DNA of 64,000 nt from Ptychomitrium polyphyllum (Eukaryota): assembly GCA_973851085.1 (NCBI GenBank), contig OZ316775.1, forward strand, positions 6,572,001-6,636,000, written 5' to 3'. The translations under genes and the position numbers were made by a program. Each line of letters begins with the position of its first letter. The first letter of the stretch is position 1. The notes below the pieces were generated by a model, which was not told the DNA's origin, searched no databases, and saw nothing but the letters and a program-made list of their open reading frames with translations. Of this stretch, positions 62,560-64,000 are shown one piece after another.

Positions 62560-64000
62560 ATGATGGAGATGCAGGAAGGCGATGAGGTCGCGCTGGTGCC
62601 GAAGGAAACGATGGCGACGACGACGACGACAGCGCCTGCAGCAGGAGCGTCGTCGGGAGGAGCAGGCGGATGGGGCTGGGGAGCGTGGAAGTCGTCCGCC
62701 TTCTCCGTCTTGAACGAGATCCAGCAGGCGGCGGCCGAGGCTGCAGAGGAGATTCAGAGGAATGTGAGTCTGTTGTTAAGAATCGTAATCTGTGGCAATT
62801 AGAGGGAGTCCGGTCGTGGAAGCGAGGGTAGGGTTTGAAATGGTGATGTTGAGTGGTAGGAGTGAAAGTGAGAGTCCGCTGATTAGGAGGGAGAGATTGT
62901 GTTGTTGTTGTTGTTGTTGTTGCCTTTCTTGGGCGATCGTGGCGTCGCTGGAGGCAAGCGGAGAGGTTGGATAGTTTTTCTTCAAGGAGCTTTGTTTGTA
63001 TTGTGGTATTATTCTTGGGATGTAATTTTGACGCATTCTGCCTGCGCTGTTAGATGAGCTCTTTTCTCTTCCCTATCACGGCGATGTTAAGGCAGCGTTT
63101 GAAGTAATATGCTTTCGGGAAAAGATTAGTTTTGGATGAGAATGCACACGGCAATTGTGTGCTCCCTGATCGTTAGAGTGTCTCGTGGATAGTTAAGTCG
63201 AGTGGTTTTCATGCTTCACGGACCGTTTACTATGCTTATTTATGTTTTTCAGCTTGTTTTATAGTGGACTTCATATACGCCCCCTGTCAAGTATTAGTGG
63301 AAGTACGTTTTGCATTTGAATTAAAGAAGAGCTTATAAGCGCTGCTGAGAGCTTTAAAGATAGATAAGTTAGGGCCACATAGGATGGTCGGATTTGAGCA
63401 AAAGTTTTTCAGTTTGGCCTAAACCACTTTTTTTGAAGTTTTAAAGGAATAGTATTGAACGCACTTGAATCCTGTTCACAATGCATTTATGCTGATTTTA
63501 TTCCTCAGCTATAATTGAAATACTACCTCTTTGGAATTGAATAGATTGGAGCAGGGGATAGTTGTTTCCCAATTGTTTCAGTTCCTCCAGTCGCCCTGGT
63601 CTATTGTGAAGATATTCTGCATACCAGAATATAGTAGAAGTTGATTTTTCCCCTTGAATGAGGAACTGGTTTATAATTTAGTGGTGTTCGTCTACTTTAG
63701 CATACGTTGCTCCACCATTGCTCCAAAAATTTCGAGCATCGGAGATTTAGCTTATTCCCTCTGGCTTTGTAGCTCTTTCCCTTTGTTGCACAGGGTTGTT
63801 TTGGTGCATGGCTCACTTTTTCATGATTTTTTATGATCTTCATTATTGTGCGAATTTGTCATTGCAGGCGGCAGCAGCAGCGAAGGGAATTGCAGATTTG
63901 CAGCAGACTGTATCTGATGACGCAAAAGTGGATCATGAGGAAGCAGACTCTCTGGAGGGGAAAAACAAGGAGATAGAGGGTGCTGATCTTGAGGAAGCCA
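62560..64000 (+). CDS. 5' part of a conserved plant protein of unknown function (At2g15860 'BAT2 domain'-like), running off the right edge
   Basis: Exon 1 62560-62763 (68 codons, AAT|GTGAGT); exon 2 from 63868 (ttgcag|). The joined sequence GGWGWGAWKSSAFSVLNEIQQAAAEAAEEIQRN-AAAAAKGIADLQ matches, from memory, the GGWGWG..FSVLSDLQKAAE.ISRNAAA N-terminus of that family. Confidence 0.8.
62901..62922. repeat. (GTT)7 microsatellite in intron 1
   Basis: gttgttgttgttgttgttgttg. Confidence 0.9.

Overview
Eukaryotic, land-plant nuclear DNA. Intron-rich genes, very AT-rich CG-depleted intergenic DNA and chromovirus-type Ty3/gypsy debris suggest a moss (Physcomitrium/Funariaceae-like); this is an inference. 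There are two complete minus-strand genes: a 5-exon LRR receptor-like pseudokinase of LRR-IV type (37844-40652, 720 aa) and a 19-exon DEMETER/ROS1-family 5mC DNA glycosylase (49634-57618, about 1750 aa). Two genes are cut by the window edges: an unidentified start at 1-59 (-) and an At2g15860-like gene from 62560 (+). The 0.5-37 kb interval is mostly TE debris: two solo LTRs of one family, a truncated gypsy element (LTR-gag-PR, gap, RT-RH), a foldback element and short tandem duplications. The most unusual feature is at about 18.5-24.3 kb. It is a decayed, spliced minus-strand gene of no family I recognise, and its largest predicted intron carries about 18 copies of an 18-bp palindrome (consensus ACTCTCGGTACCGAGAGT) at roughly 126-128-bp spacing. 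The palindromes are conserved even where the spacers have diverged, reminiscent of a TE-encoded DNA-binding or anti-silencing protein plus its own target array (compare VANDAL/VANC). All calls were made by eye with no database search.
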